Part shown: piece by piece, positions 46,978 to 57,383 of the stretch
Position numbering within the stretch: the first letter of the stretch is position 1
Layout: each line of letters opens with the position of its first letter
DNA from: an uncultured Verrucomicrobiota bacterium
Lineage (GTDB): Bacteria > Verrucomicrobiota > Kiritimatiellia > RFP12 > UBA1067
Reading direction: 5' to 3'
Length of the DNA stretch: 64,000 bases
NCBI GenBank assembly: GCA_947305775.1
Contig: CAMZEN010000009.1
Coordinates: forward strand, 2,785-66,784
The notes under the pieces: model-generated
Databases searched by the model: none
What the model saw: only the letters and a program-made list of their open reading frames with translations
Told to the model about the DNA's origin: nothing
Made by a program: the position numbers and the translations under genes

Positions 46978-47474
46978 GTCATTGCAATGTTGGCGGGCGA
47001 GTCAAACGCCCTGGTTTCCGCCACCGTCTTGCGCTCCCACTCCTTGCCCGTCCAGTGCGCCCAGACGAACCGCCACATGGGATAGTAGGCGGCGGCGTCG
47101 TGGAAAGCGGTATGCGCCCTGCCTTGGCTCCCAAGGCGGTAGCTGCCCTTGACCTCGTGGAAGGTGACGACGCCATCATCCACCGTCATGAAGTCCGGCG
47201 TATATCGTCCGCCGCCGGGAAGGTGGAGGGATACGGCCTCGAACCTTCCATGCCCGTGCAAGACTTCGCGCTGGTATCGTTCCTCCGTCTTCGTCATCTT
47301 GCCCGCAGCGGCGCGTAGTGGCACCGCCACGCTCTCGGCGGGATCGTAGGGTACGAGTGGAGGGGGCGGGGCCGCGGTGCGCTCCACGGGCCGTTGCGCG
47401 GGCTTGCGGGCGGCAATCCTCTTCTTGTACTCGTCCAGCCATTCCGGGGAGTAGTGGGGTACGGCGTTGCTCAT
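46974..47474 (-). CDS. DUF1064-like PD-(D/E)XK endonuclease
   Basis: MTKTEERY..RYTPDF..FHEVKG. Confidence 0.75.
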   Translation of the reverse strand: MSNAVPHYSPEWLDEYKKRIAARKPAQRPVERTAAPPPPLVPYDPAESVAVPLRAAAGKMTKTEERYQREVLHGHGRFEAVSLHLPGGGRYTPDFMTVDDGVVTFHEVKGSYRLGSQGRAHTAFHDAAAYYPMWRFVWAHWTGKEWERKTVAETRAFDSPANIAMT

Positions 47475-47541
47475 AGCGCACCTCCATCGCGCACACGCGC
47501 ACACGCGCACGTGGATGTATTGTGTCCCCAATAAGTCCTAG

Positions 47542-47670
47542 AGAAAATAATATTCATCATCAGTAAAATATCTATATAATTCTTATCTTATCTCGTCCGC
47601 ATTTTGTCCGCTTTGAAAACGGACATCTTGCGGACTTTTGTCCGCTTTCGATGCGGACATTTTGCGGACT
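47542..47670. other. Putative phage replication origin
   Basis: Two 34-bp tandem units (47602-47635, 47636-47669) next to an AT-rich tract (47542-47592) at the 3' end of the initiator-like gene. Confidence 0.6.
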
Positions 47671-48053
47671 GGCATTTTCGGGCACGGACGCACGGCGATG
47701 CCCTGCCGTCGCATTTCCTCTCGCATTTCGGTCTTGCGCCTTGCGTCCATGGCCCTGCGCTTGGCGTTCTGCCCGTTGTGCTCGTCCCAATTGGTGATGG
47801 TGCACATGGAGCCAGTGAAGGAAAGCCAACCCGAACGTTCGAGGCTCGCCGCCGCACCGGGCAATCCGGCCTTGCGGTCTAGCTCTCCGTGATCCGTCTC
47901 GATGCGTCCGTCCGCCGTGTTCTCGTCCAACCAAGCGTACAGGTCGAACCACGCCAGAAAAGCGTCGCCCCTTGAGCAGTTGCAATCCCTCGCCATGTTC
48001 CGAATGGCGGTCTTGTACGGCGTGTCCACGCCAACCTTTATCCATCTAGCCAT
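47583..48053 (-). CDS. Replication initiator / replisome-organiser-like protein
   Basis: MARWIKV..WLDENTADG..GWL..ITNWDEHNGQNAKRR. Confidence 0.7.
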   Translation of the reverse strand: MARWIKVGVDTPYKTAIRNMARDCNCSRGDAFLAWFDLYAWLDENTADGRIETDHGELDRKAGLPGAAASLERSGWLSFTGSMCTITNWDEHNGQNAKRRAMDARRKTEMREEMRRQGIAVRPCPKMPVRKMSASKADKSPQDVRFQSGQNADEIR

Positions 48054-48943
48054 TATTTGACCCTCCATTGTTGCAGTCCCGCAACCATCCAAAACGTTTC
48101 CGGCGTAAGCCCCGCGTACAGCCATTCCCGCAAGTCCTTCTGCGGCGGGCGGACTATGCGGTAGCAACGCCCGAGGGCTTGCGCCAGGCGTTGCGCACCC
48201 TCCAATCCGGGCCGCCACGGTCTGCCGTCCGGCGCGAGTTTGTACGCGTCGTTGTCCGTCACTATGGTGACGCGGGACACGCGCAGGCGGGCGCACAAGT
48301 CGCGCAAGTGATCCGCGCCCGTTCCGCACGAGCTTCGCCCGACGCACGGCAAGCCGAGCATGTACCCCGCAATGCAGTCCGTGGCTCCTTCCACTACCAC
48401 AAGCTCCCGCCCCCTTATGCCGTTCTCCAGCGTTTCGCGGGGCGCGAGGCTGGGATCGTAGAAAAGCCCGTCGCGGCTACCCGCCACCGACCACTTGCGG
48501 CTTGAGCCGTATTCTCGCAAACGTATGCCCACGCATTTGGCTTGGCCGTCAAGCATGGGGAACGCCCAAGCGCGGTGGAATGCGCTGCGCCCGACGTTGA
48601 GACGGTCTATGTCCGCTGCTACAAGCTTCAAATCGTCCGCAACTTGGATGAGCGAATCGAATATGTCGCCCTCGATGGGTGTCTCGAACTCGGCGCGGTA
48701 GCCGTTCATTACGGTTTCTGCGTTGAAGAGCTGCACCTTTGGACGGCGGGGCATGCGGGGCACATATTCGCGGCGCGGCCTCTCGACCAGCACATGCACC
48801 CACCCCATGCCCGACTTGGCCGGATGCGGCGATTCCACGCGGCGGCACACGCACATCATGCCGTCGTTCGACACGGTGCACCAATCCGGCTTGTGGCAGA
48901 TGGGGCATGGCTCCTTGCGGCTTACGTTGTGCCAATTCGCCAT
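48053..48943 (-). CDS. DNA primase-like protein (Zn finger plus TOPRIM)
   Basis: CPICHKPDWC; VVVEGATD; IVTDND; KDLREW. Confidence 0.85.
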   Translation of the reverse strand: MANWHNVSRKEPCPICHKPDWCTVSNDGMMCVCRRVESPHPAKSGMGWVHVLVERPRREYVPRMPRRPKVQLFNAETVMNGYRAEFETPIEGDIFDSLIQVADDLKLVAADIDRLNVGRSAFHRAWAFPMLDGQAKCVGIRLREYGSSRKWSVAGSRDGLFYDPSLAPRETLENGIRGRELVVVEGATDCIAGYMLGLPCVGRSSCGTGADHLRDLCARLRVSRVTIVTDNDAYKLAPDGRPWRPGLEGAQRLAQALGRCYRIVRPPQKDLREWLYAGLTPETFWMVAGLQQWRVK

Positions 48944-49307
48944 GTCACGCCCCCTTGATCACGCCGTCCCGTTCGCAATTCGCGATGGTGTCGTCTAGTT
49001 GCTTGCGTATGTCGGACATGAGGTTTGAGATTCGCGGTGTGTCATAGCACGGCTCTTGCTCAAGGCGCGTCCACATGACGACCTTTGCGGGATTCTTCGG
49101 CGACCGGCGACAATACAACGTGAGTTTCATGCAACATCCTCTATCGGCCGTTGCTTCATTTCGCGCCTCCCGTGTACGTGACGCACGCCGTGAGCGTTGC
49201 GGCCGCAAGCCAATACACCATCATGCGCAGGTTCCCGCGCACCGCATACGGAACGGACGTGCACACGTCGAGCGCGATCAACACCGTGGGAAATATGTAC
49301 TCCGTCC

Positions 49308-50324
49308 TCATTTCGCCTCCGTCGCACTGAAGAGGTCGTCAGATACGATCCGGCTGCGCTCCGCGTCCCGAAGGTTCTGGCATGCGACGCGGAAGTAGCT
49401 GGACTTCAACTCGCACCCCACGAACCTGCGATTGTGCCTTATGGCCACGTAGCCCTCGGAGCCGATGCCCATGAAGGGCGAGAGAACCACGTCGTCGGGA
49501 TTGCTCCACAACTTCACGCACCGCTCGATCACGCCGAGTTGCAACGGGCAGAGGTGCTTCTCGTCGTCGTTCTCGCGCCCCTGCGTGAAGTTCCGCAGCA
49601 CGTCGCCCTCGTTTATACCGTCCGTGTCCTGGTGTCGGCTGGGGTAGTTCCCCTGGAACGGATAGTGCGGCGACTTCTCGTTCGGCATCTTGCGATACCA
49701 CACGGGAGCGGCCCACTCGCACCATTCGTCGCCGGTAATCCATCCCTCACGGTTGTCGTACCGTTCCGAAATCCCCGCGCGAATCGGGTTGGAGTTTTCG
49801 CCGTCCTTCTTGAACACCACGATGTAGTCGGCAAGCGCGGGACGGGACATCGCGCTGTCGGACGCAAGGGTCTTGAACAGTAGCGCCGCCTCCTTCGTCC
49901 GGCTCGCCTTCAACATCGGGTTCTTGTCGATGGTCACTTCGCTGTAGTACCTCCATCCAGCGTCCTCCATGCACCGTATCATGTCTCCCCGAAAGTCACG
50001 CAGCCCCACAAACCCCTCGCGCCCCTTGAACACGGGCTCCTGCGTCAGATGGATGCAGCATATCCTCCCGGGTTGGGTGGCCTTCAGGATGGACGATGCG
50101 AGGAACGAGAAGTGCGACACCAACTCGCTGAAGTTCCTCACGTTCCCCACGTCCCGCGCGGAGTTTGTGTATGCGTACATTCCGGGGAACGGCGGCGAGA
50201 ACACGGACAGCCCAATGGAATCTTTCGGCAACGCCGCCACGATTTCCACAGAATCGCCGTTGTACGCCATGAATCGTTCGCCTTGGATCTGGTCGATGCA
50301 CTTCGTCTTGCACTTGTCTTTCAT
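49308..50324 (-). CDS. DNA methyltransferase (N4-C/N6-A, beta class)
   Basis: VFSPPF precedes SPFMGIGSEG; KHLCPLQL. Confidence 0.88.
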   Translation of the reverse strand: MKDKCKTKCIDQIQGERFMAYNGDSVEIVAALPKDSIGLSVFSPPFPGMYAYTNSARDVGNVRNFSELVSHFSFLASSILKATQPGRICCIHLTQEPVFKGREGFVGLRDFRGDMIRCMEDAGWRYYSEVTIDKNPMLKASRTKEAALLFKTLASDSAMSRPALADYIVVFKKDGENSNPIRAGISERYDNREGWITGDEWCEWAAPVWYRKMPNEKSPHYPFQGNYPSRHQDTDGINEGDVLRNFTQGRENDDEKHLCPLQLGVIERCVKLWSNPDDVVLSPFMGIGSEGYVAIRHNRRFVGCELKSSYFRVACQNLRDAERSRIVSDDLFSATEAK

Positions 50325-50355
50325 TTTCAGTCAGTCCTTTCGTTTTAGTCTTAGG

Positions 50356-51744
50356 TCATGCGACGGATTTCAGCCATCGCGGAAATTCCAGCGGCATCGT
50401 CGGCGCGTAGTCAAGTTCGTCGCGCTTCGACTTGCCTATTACTTGGCGTGGCGAGTAGTTCCGCACGATCTCGTCGAACATCTCGCTTGCCAGCTCGTCC
50501 TTTCGCTTGATGTTCTCTACCACCGCGCCGTCAGAGTCGGAGCGTATCACGTGGCAGTTCACGGGGTGCTTCTGGCCAAACCTCCAGCACCGGCGAATCG
50601 CTTGGTAGAACGACTCGTAGCTGTCGGACAGCCCGACGAATATCACATTGTGGCAGCTCTGAAAGTTCATGCCGAACCCGGCTATGGAAGGTTTCGACAC
50701 GAGGACGCGCAGCGCACCCGTGGCGAAGTCGTTCAGAGTCTTTTCCTTGTGTTCGCCGGAGTCAGATCCCTTCACCTGTACGGAGTCGGGTATCGCGGCG
50801 GCAAGCGCATCGCCCTCCGCGTTGTAGTCGCACCACACGAGCCACTGTTCGCTCGACTCGTTGCACAGACGAGCCGCAAGCGCGATCCGGTCGTCCATCG
50901 TGTCTCGGCGCGATGCCCTGCGCTCGGATAGCGTTGACGCCTCCATCGCGAAGAGAAAACCGTCATGCACGCCATTCGTCACCACGTCGTCTATCATCGA
51001 CAGCTCGGGCAGTACATATCCCTCGTCGGAATATCCTATGTCGGACGGCTTGCGGACGGCGATGCTCCATTCCGCCATCCACTGCCAGAAGGATCGCCGC
51101 GCGTGGTTCTTCAACCGCCACTTGTGCGTCGTGTTGCCGTCCTGACGGAAGAACATCGCCAGCATTTCCTTGCCGCTCATTATGTCGAGGAACTCTGCAT
51201 GGTTGCAAAGTTCTATCGTGTCGTTCGGCGCAGGCGTGGCGGTGCAGCACAGCCTGTATTCTATCTTTCGCGCGAAGTCTGTAATTTCCCGCCGCGTCTT
51301 TCCGTCGTATGCCTTGAGTATGGAACTCTCGTCGAGGACTATCCCGGCGAACTCTTCCGGCGAGAACTTTTCAAGCCTCTCGTAGTTCGTCACGTTTACG
51401 GCTGCGGATCTGACGTCCGAACATTCGCGGCACTTCGTGACACCGACGCCGAACTTCTTGCCCTCGCGCACGGTCTGGTCCGACACGGCGAGCGGCGCGA
51501 CAATCAGCACCGCCCGGCCCGTGTGTTTCACGACATGCCGTGCCCATTCCAGCTGCTGCGCGGTCTTGCCGAGCCCGCAGTCCTCGAACATCGCGGCACG
51601 ACCGCGCCGCAACGCCCACCGCACGATATCCGCCTGCCATGGGAACAGTCGCGGGTTTATCGCCCCCCTCGGCACGTCGAACCCGACGGGGTTCACCCGT
51701 TCCCGCTTCGACTCAAGGAATGCATTGTAGTCTTTTGACTTCAT
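50356..51744 (-). CDS. SNF2-like helicase
   Basis: DCGLGKT, LDESS, TATPAPND, QAIRRCWRFGQ; start MKSKDY supported by the SD motif. Confidence 0.85.
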   Translation of the reverse strand: MKSKDYNAFLESKRERVNPVGFDVPRGAINPRLFPWQADIVRWALRRGRAAMFEDCGLGKTAQQLEWARHVVKHTGRAVLIVAPLAVSDQTVREGKKFGVGVTKCRECSDVRSAAVNVTNYERLEKFSPEEFAGIVLDESSILKAYDGKTRREITDFARKIEYRLCCTATPAPNDTIELCNHAEFLDIMSGKEMLAMFFRQDGNTTHKWRLKNHARRSFWQWMAEWSIAVRKPSDIGYSDEGYVLPELSMIDDVVTNGVHDGFLFAMEASTLSERRASRRDTMDDRIALAARLCNESSEQWLVWCDYNAEGDALAAAIPDSVQVKGSDSGEHKEKTLNDFATGALRVLVSKPSIAGFGMNFQSCHNVIFVGLSDSYESFYQAIRRCWRFGQKHPVNCHVIRSDSDGAVVENIKRKDELASEMFDEIVRNYSPRQVIGKSKRDELDYAPTMPLEFPRWLKSVA

Positions 51745-51976
51745 GGTTGTTCGTCCTTTCGTTTTGTTTTGCCCTAAATGAAACTGTCTTGCCGGGTCTA
51801 CCGCTTCGGACGGCGCGGCATCCTTGGATAGCCCGCAATGCGCCCTGTCGCAACGTAGAACGGCGTAGGGTCTTGCGGAAGGGGAACGTCGCACCCCTCG
51901 CCGTTGCGGGATTTCGCGGCGTGGTACTTGCCGTATGCGTGTCGGCACCATTCGACGCTCCTGCATTCGGCGCACC

Positions 51977-53622
51977 TCACTTGTGCCACCCTTGCCTTTC
52001 TGCCATGCGCCCGATCATCCTGCCGGCCATGTCGTGGCGGAGCGGCATCGAAAACCCGCGCTTCTTCAAGAGCGATGCTTGCTTCAAGCTCGCATATCCG
52101 CCCTGAACGCGCCGGAAGTATTCATCGAGAAGCTGCTTGCCTTGGCCGTAGGGTATCTTCTCGGGGTTCACGCCGATGCGCTCCAATAGCACTTGCGCCT
52201 GTTTTGGGGTGAAATGGCGGTGGCGATCCCATCCGCGCTCTTGCACCGGGGTTATATCCCACTCGTTGAAGGGGTCTATCTTGGTGACGAGGAATTGCGC
52301 ACGGGCCTGCAACCCTGCGCGTGAGGCGGCTTCGCGCTTCTTCCGCTCTTCGACCTCGGCCTTTACCTTCGCAAGCTCTTCCGTCATGTCAACGGGCTTG
52401 CCGTTCTCGCGGACGCGGCGCGTCACCTCCGCCACCACGTCGTCGTCGATGTTGCCGCCCAATATGTCCGCTGTGCAACAAAGCTTGTGCCGTCCGGCCT
52501 TGCCCGTGAAATCGACTATGAGGCACGACGGCTTGCTGGATGAGCGGATCATGGCGCACCGCTCCTGCGCGGTGGGAATGTCGCCCAACTTCCCCGCCAC
52601 CTCTTCCGCCGGGCGGGTGCCACGACCCGCCATCTGCGCGTAGAGCGCGCGGCTCTTGGTCGGCCTCGCCATCACGACCACCTCCACGCCCGCGTCGTCG
52701 AACCCCTCCGTGAGGACGCCGACGTTCACCACGAACTGCAAGTGTCCCGCCTTGAAGTCCGCGAGCATCCGCCGCCTTTCGTCCTTGTCGGTCTTTCCGC
52801 ACAGCCACGCCGCGCGGTCTGGCTTGTAGCGGTTGAGGATTTCGGCCAGCCTCTCGGCCTGCTCGACCGTGGCCGCGAACACGATGGCGCGGCGGTCGCC
52901 GCATATCTCCACCGTCGGGACGGCCACGCCCTGAAGGTTGCGCTCGTCCTCCATCACCTCCGCGAGGTCGCCCTGGTTGAGGTCTCCCGCCGTGGTGCGG
53001 ATGTTCGAGAAGTCCAGCGATCCGACCGTCACCATCTGCTGCTCGATGGGGACGAGCCATCCGTTGTTGATCGCGTCGAGGACGCCGTACTCGTAGGCCA
53101 CGGACTCGAACACCGCGCCCAGAGCGGCTTCGTCCGCGCGGTCGGGAGTGGCCGTCACGCCCAGCACCTTGCAGTTCGGGTTCTGCCGGTACCAATCTAT
53201 GCAACGGCGGTATGTCCTCGCCGTGGCGTGGTGAGCCTCGTCAATCACGACCAGCCCGAAGTCCTGCGGGTCGAACTTGCTCATGCGTCCTCCGCCGTCG
53301 CCTCCGGCGCAATGGGTCTGCACCGTAGAGACGACGACGGGCGGCATTTCCCCGAACATGGGCGATACGTGATATTCGCCCATCTCGATTTGCGCCTCCA
53401 ACCCGGTGACGCGGTGTATCTTGTCGGCGGCTTGGGTGATCAGTTCCTCGCGGTGCGCGAGCACCATTGCCCGCACCCCGTTTTCGTGCATCCGGCGTAT
53501 CACCTCCGCGAATAACACGGTCTTGCCGAGGCCCGTAGGCAGCACGGCTAGCGCGCTGGTGTTGTCCTCCCAAGCGCGGAAGATGCCGCCCGCCGCCGCC
53601 TCTTGATAGTCGCGCAGCTTCA
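51977..53622 (-). CDS. DEAD/DEAH-box superfamily 2 helicase
   Basis: MKLRDYQ, PTGLGKT, DEAHH, TATP, QMAGRGTR. Confidence 0.92.
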
Positions 53623-53922
53623 TTTCGTGTCGCCGCTTTCGTTTGGCGCGAACTCGAACACCGGCTGGCCGTCCACATGGACGTCGCAGATGTCCAGAAG
53701 TCCGAACGCCGCCCAATCGCATCCGCGATCCGAAACATATCTCCCTATGCAACAAGTGCAAGCCGCGTCCGCCCCTTTCGCCCCTGCGTCCTTGAACTCC
53801 TGCACGGTCGCCACGTTTCCGCATCGCGGACACTTGAAACGCCACTTCATGAGGTCGCCGCCGAAAAGCCTCTTGCCCTCGTCGCGCCATTCCTCTAACG
53901 TCTTGTAGTCCTTCTTCGCCAT
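53620..53922 (-). CDS. VVA0879-like Cys-rich phage protein
   Basis: WRFKCPRCG..CIGR..GCDWAAFGL. Confidence 0.65.
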   Translation of the reverse strand: MAKKDYKTLEEWRDEGKRLFGGDLMKWRFKCPRCGNVATVQEFKDAGAKGADAACTCCIGRYVSDRGCDWAAFGLLDICDVHVDGQPVFEFAPNESGDTK

Positions 53923-53956
53923 TCTGAATTTTCCTTTCGTTTTGCCCTTGCCATGG

Positions 53957-54346
53957 TCACGCCTTTTTGGGACGCTCCGAGAAAAGAGTTGGATTCACAT
54001 ACCCGCCGCCCGGCTCGTGCATACGGTGCGGCATTCTCGGCAACTTCACGTCCGCATGGGCAAGAGGCACTACATACGCCTCACGGCCTGTGGGCGACTG
54101 GTAGAGCGCGGCGGGAACTAGAAGCCTCCGCTCCTCGCCCGTCAAGTTTCCAACTTCGGTGAAGAACTCTTGGTACGCCGTGACTTCGAGCATCACGAAT
54201 GTTGCCGAACCGCATAATGCGTCCTTCTTCTCCAACGCCTTGATGCCTTTCGCATCCGTCTTGAACATCTGGCACCCGTCCTTCGGCTTTATCTTTTCAA
54301 GCGTAAACGATCCGTCCAGCATCCTGCATATCGCGTAGCAGTTCAT
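53957..54346 (-). CDS. Hypothetical phage protein
   Basis: ORF in the early operon; start MNCYAI inferred. Confidence 0.5.
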   Translation of the reverse strand: MNCYAICRMLDGSFTLEKIKPKDGCQMFKTDAKGIKALEKKDALCGSATFVMLEVTAYQEFFTEVGNLTGEERRLLVPAALYQSPTGREAYVVPLAHADVKLPRMPHRMHEPGGGYVNPTLFSERPKKA

Positions 54347-54539
54347 CTCGTACCGCCTTCCCCACGCCTTGTCCACACTTTCGCAACATAACGTGCCACA
54401 TAGCTATCATAGTCGTTGTTGTATGCGGTCATGCGTATCTTGCTTTTTACAACCACCTCGCCCAGTTCGGACAACTTCTCGCCGAGGTTTTTCCATAAGG
54501 CGTTGAAGTTTGCGAAGTTGTCAGACTTGATTACATGTT

Positions 54540-55514
54540 TCATGCCTTGAACTCCTTGGGGTTCCTGTCGTACTGCTCTTCCGTCTGAAAGCCCTTGTTG
54601 TGACATGCCTTGCATCCGTCGCCTTGGCACATCCGGCACACGCAGAACGGCACCGCCGACTTCACGAAGTTGTATGCGTTGTCCAATTGCAGTATCGCAT
54701 CCTGCCGAACCGCCGCAAATGCCGCGTTTCCGCTCGCCACGCCGTCCTTCAAGGCGACACGCGCCTTGCTTATGTGCGCCAATATCTCCGCAAGCGGGTT
54801 GCCGTCGAATGCCGGCTGCAACTCTACGGGTATCTCCGTTCCGAAGCGATCAAGCGGCACGACGTGCGCCGGTCTTTCCGGGCGTGTCGGCGGCGCAACG
54901 GGCGCGGAAGGGCGCACCGGGGCTTTGGGCGCGACGGGCCGCACGGGGTACATCCTGCCGTTCGCGCCAACCAACTGCGTAGGGCGCACGGGCATCTTCA
55001 CTTGTGCCGTTGGCGCGGTTGAGTTAGCCTTGGGCAAGTGTAAGTTTTTGACAGTAGGACGCACGGGAGCAGGGGGCATTTCCGCCAATTTCACCTGTAA
55101 GAATTTGACACCTGTTTGACGGGTGACACCGCACTTTTCCGCGAGGTTTCCGCCCGTTGGCGTTCCGCCGAAGATGGCCTCCCGCCGCTCCCACACCATT
55201 TCGAGGAAGTGCCGGACATCAGCCCTCGTCGGCCTCTTGCCTTGTTTGTTGTTGGCGGTGCCCCCGAACACGACCGCATCATCCTCCGTGCCTTTGCGCA
55301 CGTCTGCTGCAATTGTGGTCTTGCCGATCTGCTTTGCGGCCATGACGCGGTGGAAGCCGTCGGCAAGCCAATAGCGGTTGCCGTCGGTGAATACGGTCAC
55401 GTCCGGGAACTGCGAGCCGTCGGCCATGGCGTCCGCATAGGTGTCTATCGTTTCCGCGTCCGTGCCCGCCCGCGTCTGCAAGCTCAAATCCAACTCGTCT
55501 ATCTTTATCTTCAT
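54540..55514 (-). CDS. ParB/Srx-like domain protein with HTH and Pro-rich linker
   Basis: FPDVTVF..YWLADGFHRVMAA. Confidence 0.8.
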   Translation of the reverse strand: MKIKIDELDLSLQTRAGTDAETIDTYADAMADGSQFPDVTVFTDGNRYWLADGFHRVMAAKQIGKTTIAADVRKGTEDDAVVFGGTANNKQGKRPTRADVRHFLEMVWERREAIFGGTPTGGNLAEKCGVTRQTGVKFLQVKLAEMPPAPVRPTVKNLHLPKANSTAPTAQVKMPVRPTQLVGANGRMYPVRPVAPKAPVRPSAPVAPPTRPERPAHVVPLDRFGTEIPVELQPAFDGNPLAEILAHISKARVALKDGVASGNAAFAAVRQDAILQLDNAYNFVKSAVPFCVCRMCQGDGCKACHNKGFQTEEQYDRNPKEFKA

Positions 55515-55587
55515 CGTCTTGCCTTTCAAGATGCCGCCGCCATCCTACCCGCCCACCCGCCTTTAAGGGTGGCGACGGCGTGATCGT

Positions 55588-56475
55588 TTAGAAGGGCATG
55601 TCCGCCGACTCTACGGCGTTGAAGAGACGCTGGACGTCATCCGGCCCGAATTGGTCGGGGTCTTTGCCTTGCGCCGCGCCGTCGTATATCTCGAACCATG
55701 TGCCGTCGTGCTTCTCGCTCGAATACGGCTCGTTGAGCTTCGAACAGAAGTAGGCAAATGCGCCGTCCGCCGTCTGCGGGAAGTCGGCCCACGGGGTCTT
55801 GTTGGCGGGAGCCGCCGCAACTGGCCTCACAGGGGCCGCAGGGCGCGTCGGAGCCGCCGGAGGTGTCGCCGCACGCGCCGGAGCAGGAACGCCGCCAACG
55901 GGCTTTGGCGTGGCCGTGGGAGCGGTCTGCACGGCAACCTTCTTCGGGGTCGCCGCAAAGAGGGCCTTTGCCTTTGCGCCCCACTTCGCCGTCAGCGCCG
56001 CCGCGTCCGCGTTTCCGCCATCCGGCACGAATGCCGTGCGGCCTCCCGTCTTCGGGCGGTTGGGATCGTGCACCCACAATTGCTGCGCACCCGTCTTGTC
56101 GCGCTGGAAGTTCAACTCCACCTCTCCGACCGCCGCAAGGTTGCCGAAGGGCGTTCCGTTCGCGTCGGGCCGCTGGAACCAATAGAAGTCCTCGAACGTC
56201 GTCGGGTTCCACCCCTTCGCCCACTCCTTCAGCCCGTTTATGGTAGCCTCGTTGAAGCCGCCATCCTTGGACGTGAGCCAATGGCGCTTCTTCACCTCCC
56301 AATCGTAGCCGTTGTCCTTCTTGTACCATCCGCCGCTCTGCGGGTCCTTCACCGCGAAGTTGACGTCGAGTATCAGCCGTCTGTCCTTCTCGTACACGCT
56401 CGCCGTGGTGGGCTTGCCTGTATATGTTCCGTCGGCTATTCCGTAGTCGAACGGCTTGCTTGCATCGTATGCCAT
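55588..56475 (-). CDS. Putative ssDNA-binding protein
   Basis: Follows the AAA recombinase; P/A-rich linker; acidic aromatic tail ADMPF. Confidence 0.55.
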   Translation of the reverse strand: MAYDASKPFDYGIADGTYTGKPTTASVYEKDRRLILDVNFAVKDPQSGGWYKKDNGYDWEVKKRHWLTSKDGGFNEATINGLKEWAKGWNPTTFEDFYWFQRPDANGTPFGNLAAVGEVELNFQRDKTGAQQLWVHDPNRPKTGGRTAFVPDGGNADAAALTAKWGAKAKALFAATPKKVAVQTAPTATPKPVGGVPAPARAATPPAAPTRPAAPVRPVAAAPANKTPWADFPQTADGAFAYFCSKLNEPYSSEKHDGTWFEIYDGAAQGKDPDQFGPDDVQRLFNAVESADMPF

Positions 56476-56494
56476 TTGGTTTTCTCCTTGTGTG

Positions 56495-57367
56495 TTAGTG
56501 GATTATCTGCCCCCAATCGAATACGCCGTCAACCGGCACTTCGATTGCCATGCCCTGAGCGGTGCGCGACTTCGCCATCATGGACGCAATGCCGCCCGTG
56601 TAGAGGGTTCGCGTCATGCCGCCCTTGGCCTTTCCCTTCTCCACCGTGATGTCGGCGGCGAGGAAGAGAAGGTGATCGACGGTCTGCTGGTACTTGTCGC
56701 GGCCGGGAGCCTTGCCTTTCTCGCCCTGCACCAAGTGGGGCTGGTGTTGGATGAAGTCGCCGCCGTCCGGGTTCGCCATGCGAAGCACGTTGTCGTGGCA
56801 TATCGCGCACACGTTCGCGCCGCTATCCAAGATGTTGTCTATCAGCGGATATATCGGCACGAACTTGTCGTAGACGATCTGCGCACCCTTGCCGTAGGTC
56901 CATTGCTCAAGCGACTGCTTGATGGTGGCCGAATCGCCCGGTATGCTCTCCATGCAATTGCTCGCCGCATACTCCTGCGCACGGGTGAAGGAATCTATGA
57001 CCACGTTGTCATAGCCCATTGCCGCATCCGATTTGAGGAACGCGGTAAGGTCGTTCCAAGCCGCCGCCGGAGCCTTGGGGTCGAAGCGTATGAACTTCGG
57101 CGTGATGTTCGCCGTAAGCCCCAGCGCATCGAGGTTGCCTTTGATGATCTTCAAGCTGCCCTCCAAGTCTATGAAGAGCGTCTTGCCCGGAAGCATCGCG
57201 GCAAGCGTCGTCTTGCCCGCGCCGCCCACGCCGTAAAGCCCTATGAAGTGTCCACGGGGTTTCATGGCATCCCAACTGTCAACCGTCTGCTTTGCGGACG
57301 TTTCGATTCTTTCGGTAGTTTGTGCGCCGACGGGAAACGCCGCGCTTGGTCTTTTTGGTATTGGCAT
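56495..57367 (-). CDS. AAA_24 / Sak4-like ATPase
   Basis: LYGVGGAGKTTLA, FIDLEGS, VVIDSFT, AKSR. Confidence 0.85.
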   Translation of the reverse strand: MPIPKRPSAAFPVGAQTTERIETSAKQTVDSWDAMKPRGHFIGLYGVGGAGKTTLAAMLPGKTLFIDLEGSLKIIKGNLDALGLTANITPKFIRFDPKAPAAAWNDLTAFLKSDAAMGYDNVVIDSFTRAQEYAASNCMESIPGDSATIKQSLEQWTYGKGAQIVYDKFVPIYPLIDNILDSGANVCAICHDNVLRMANPDGGDFIQHQPHLVQGEKGKAPGRDKYQQTVDHLLFLAADITVEKGKAKGGMTRTLYTGGIASMMAKSRTAQGMAIEVPVDGVFDWGQIIH

Positions 57368-57383
57368 TGTTTATCCTTTCGTT

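Noticed and set aside
49308..51744. Helicase plus methyltransferase as a defence (restriction-modification or DISARM-like) system
   Set aside because: Embedded in the phage replication operon with no cognate restriction nuclease; a common phage gene pair
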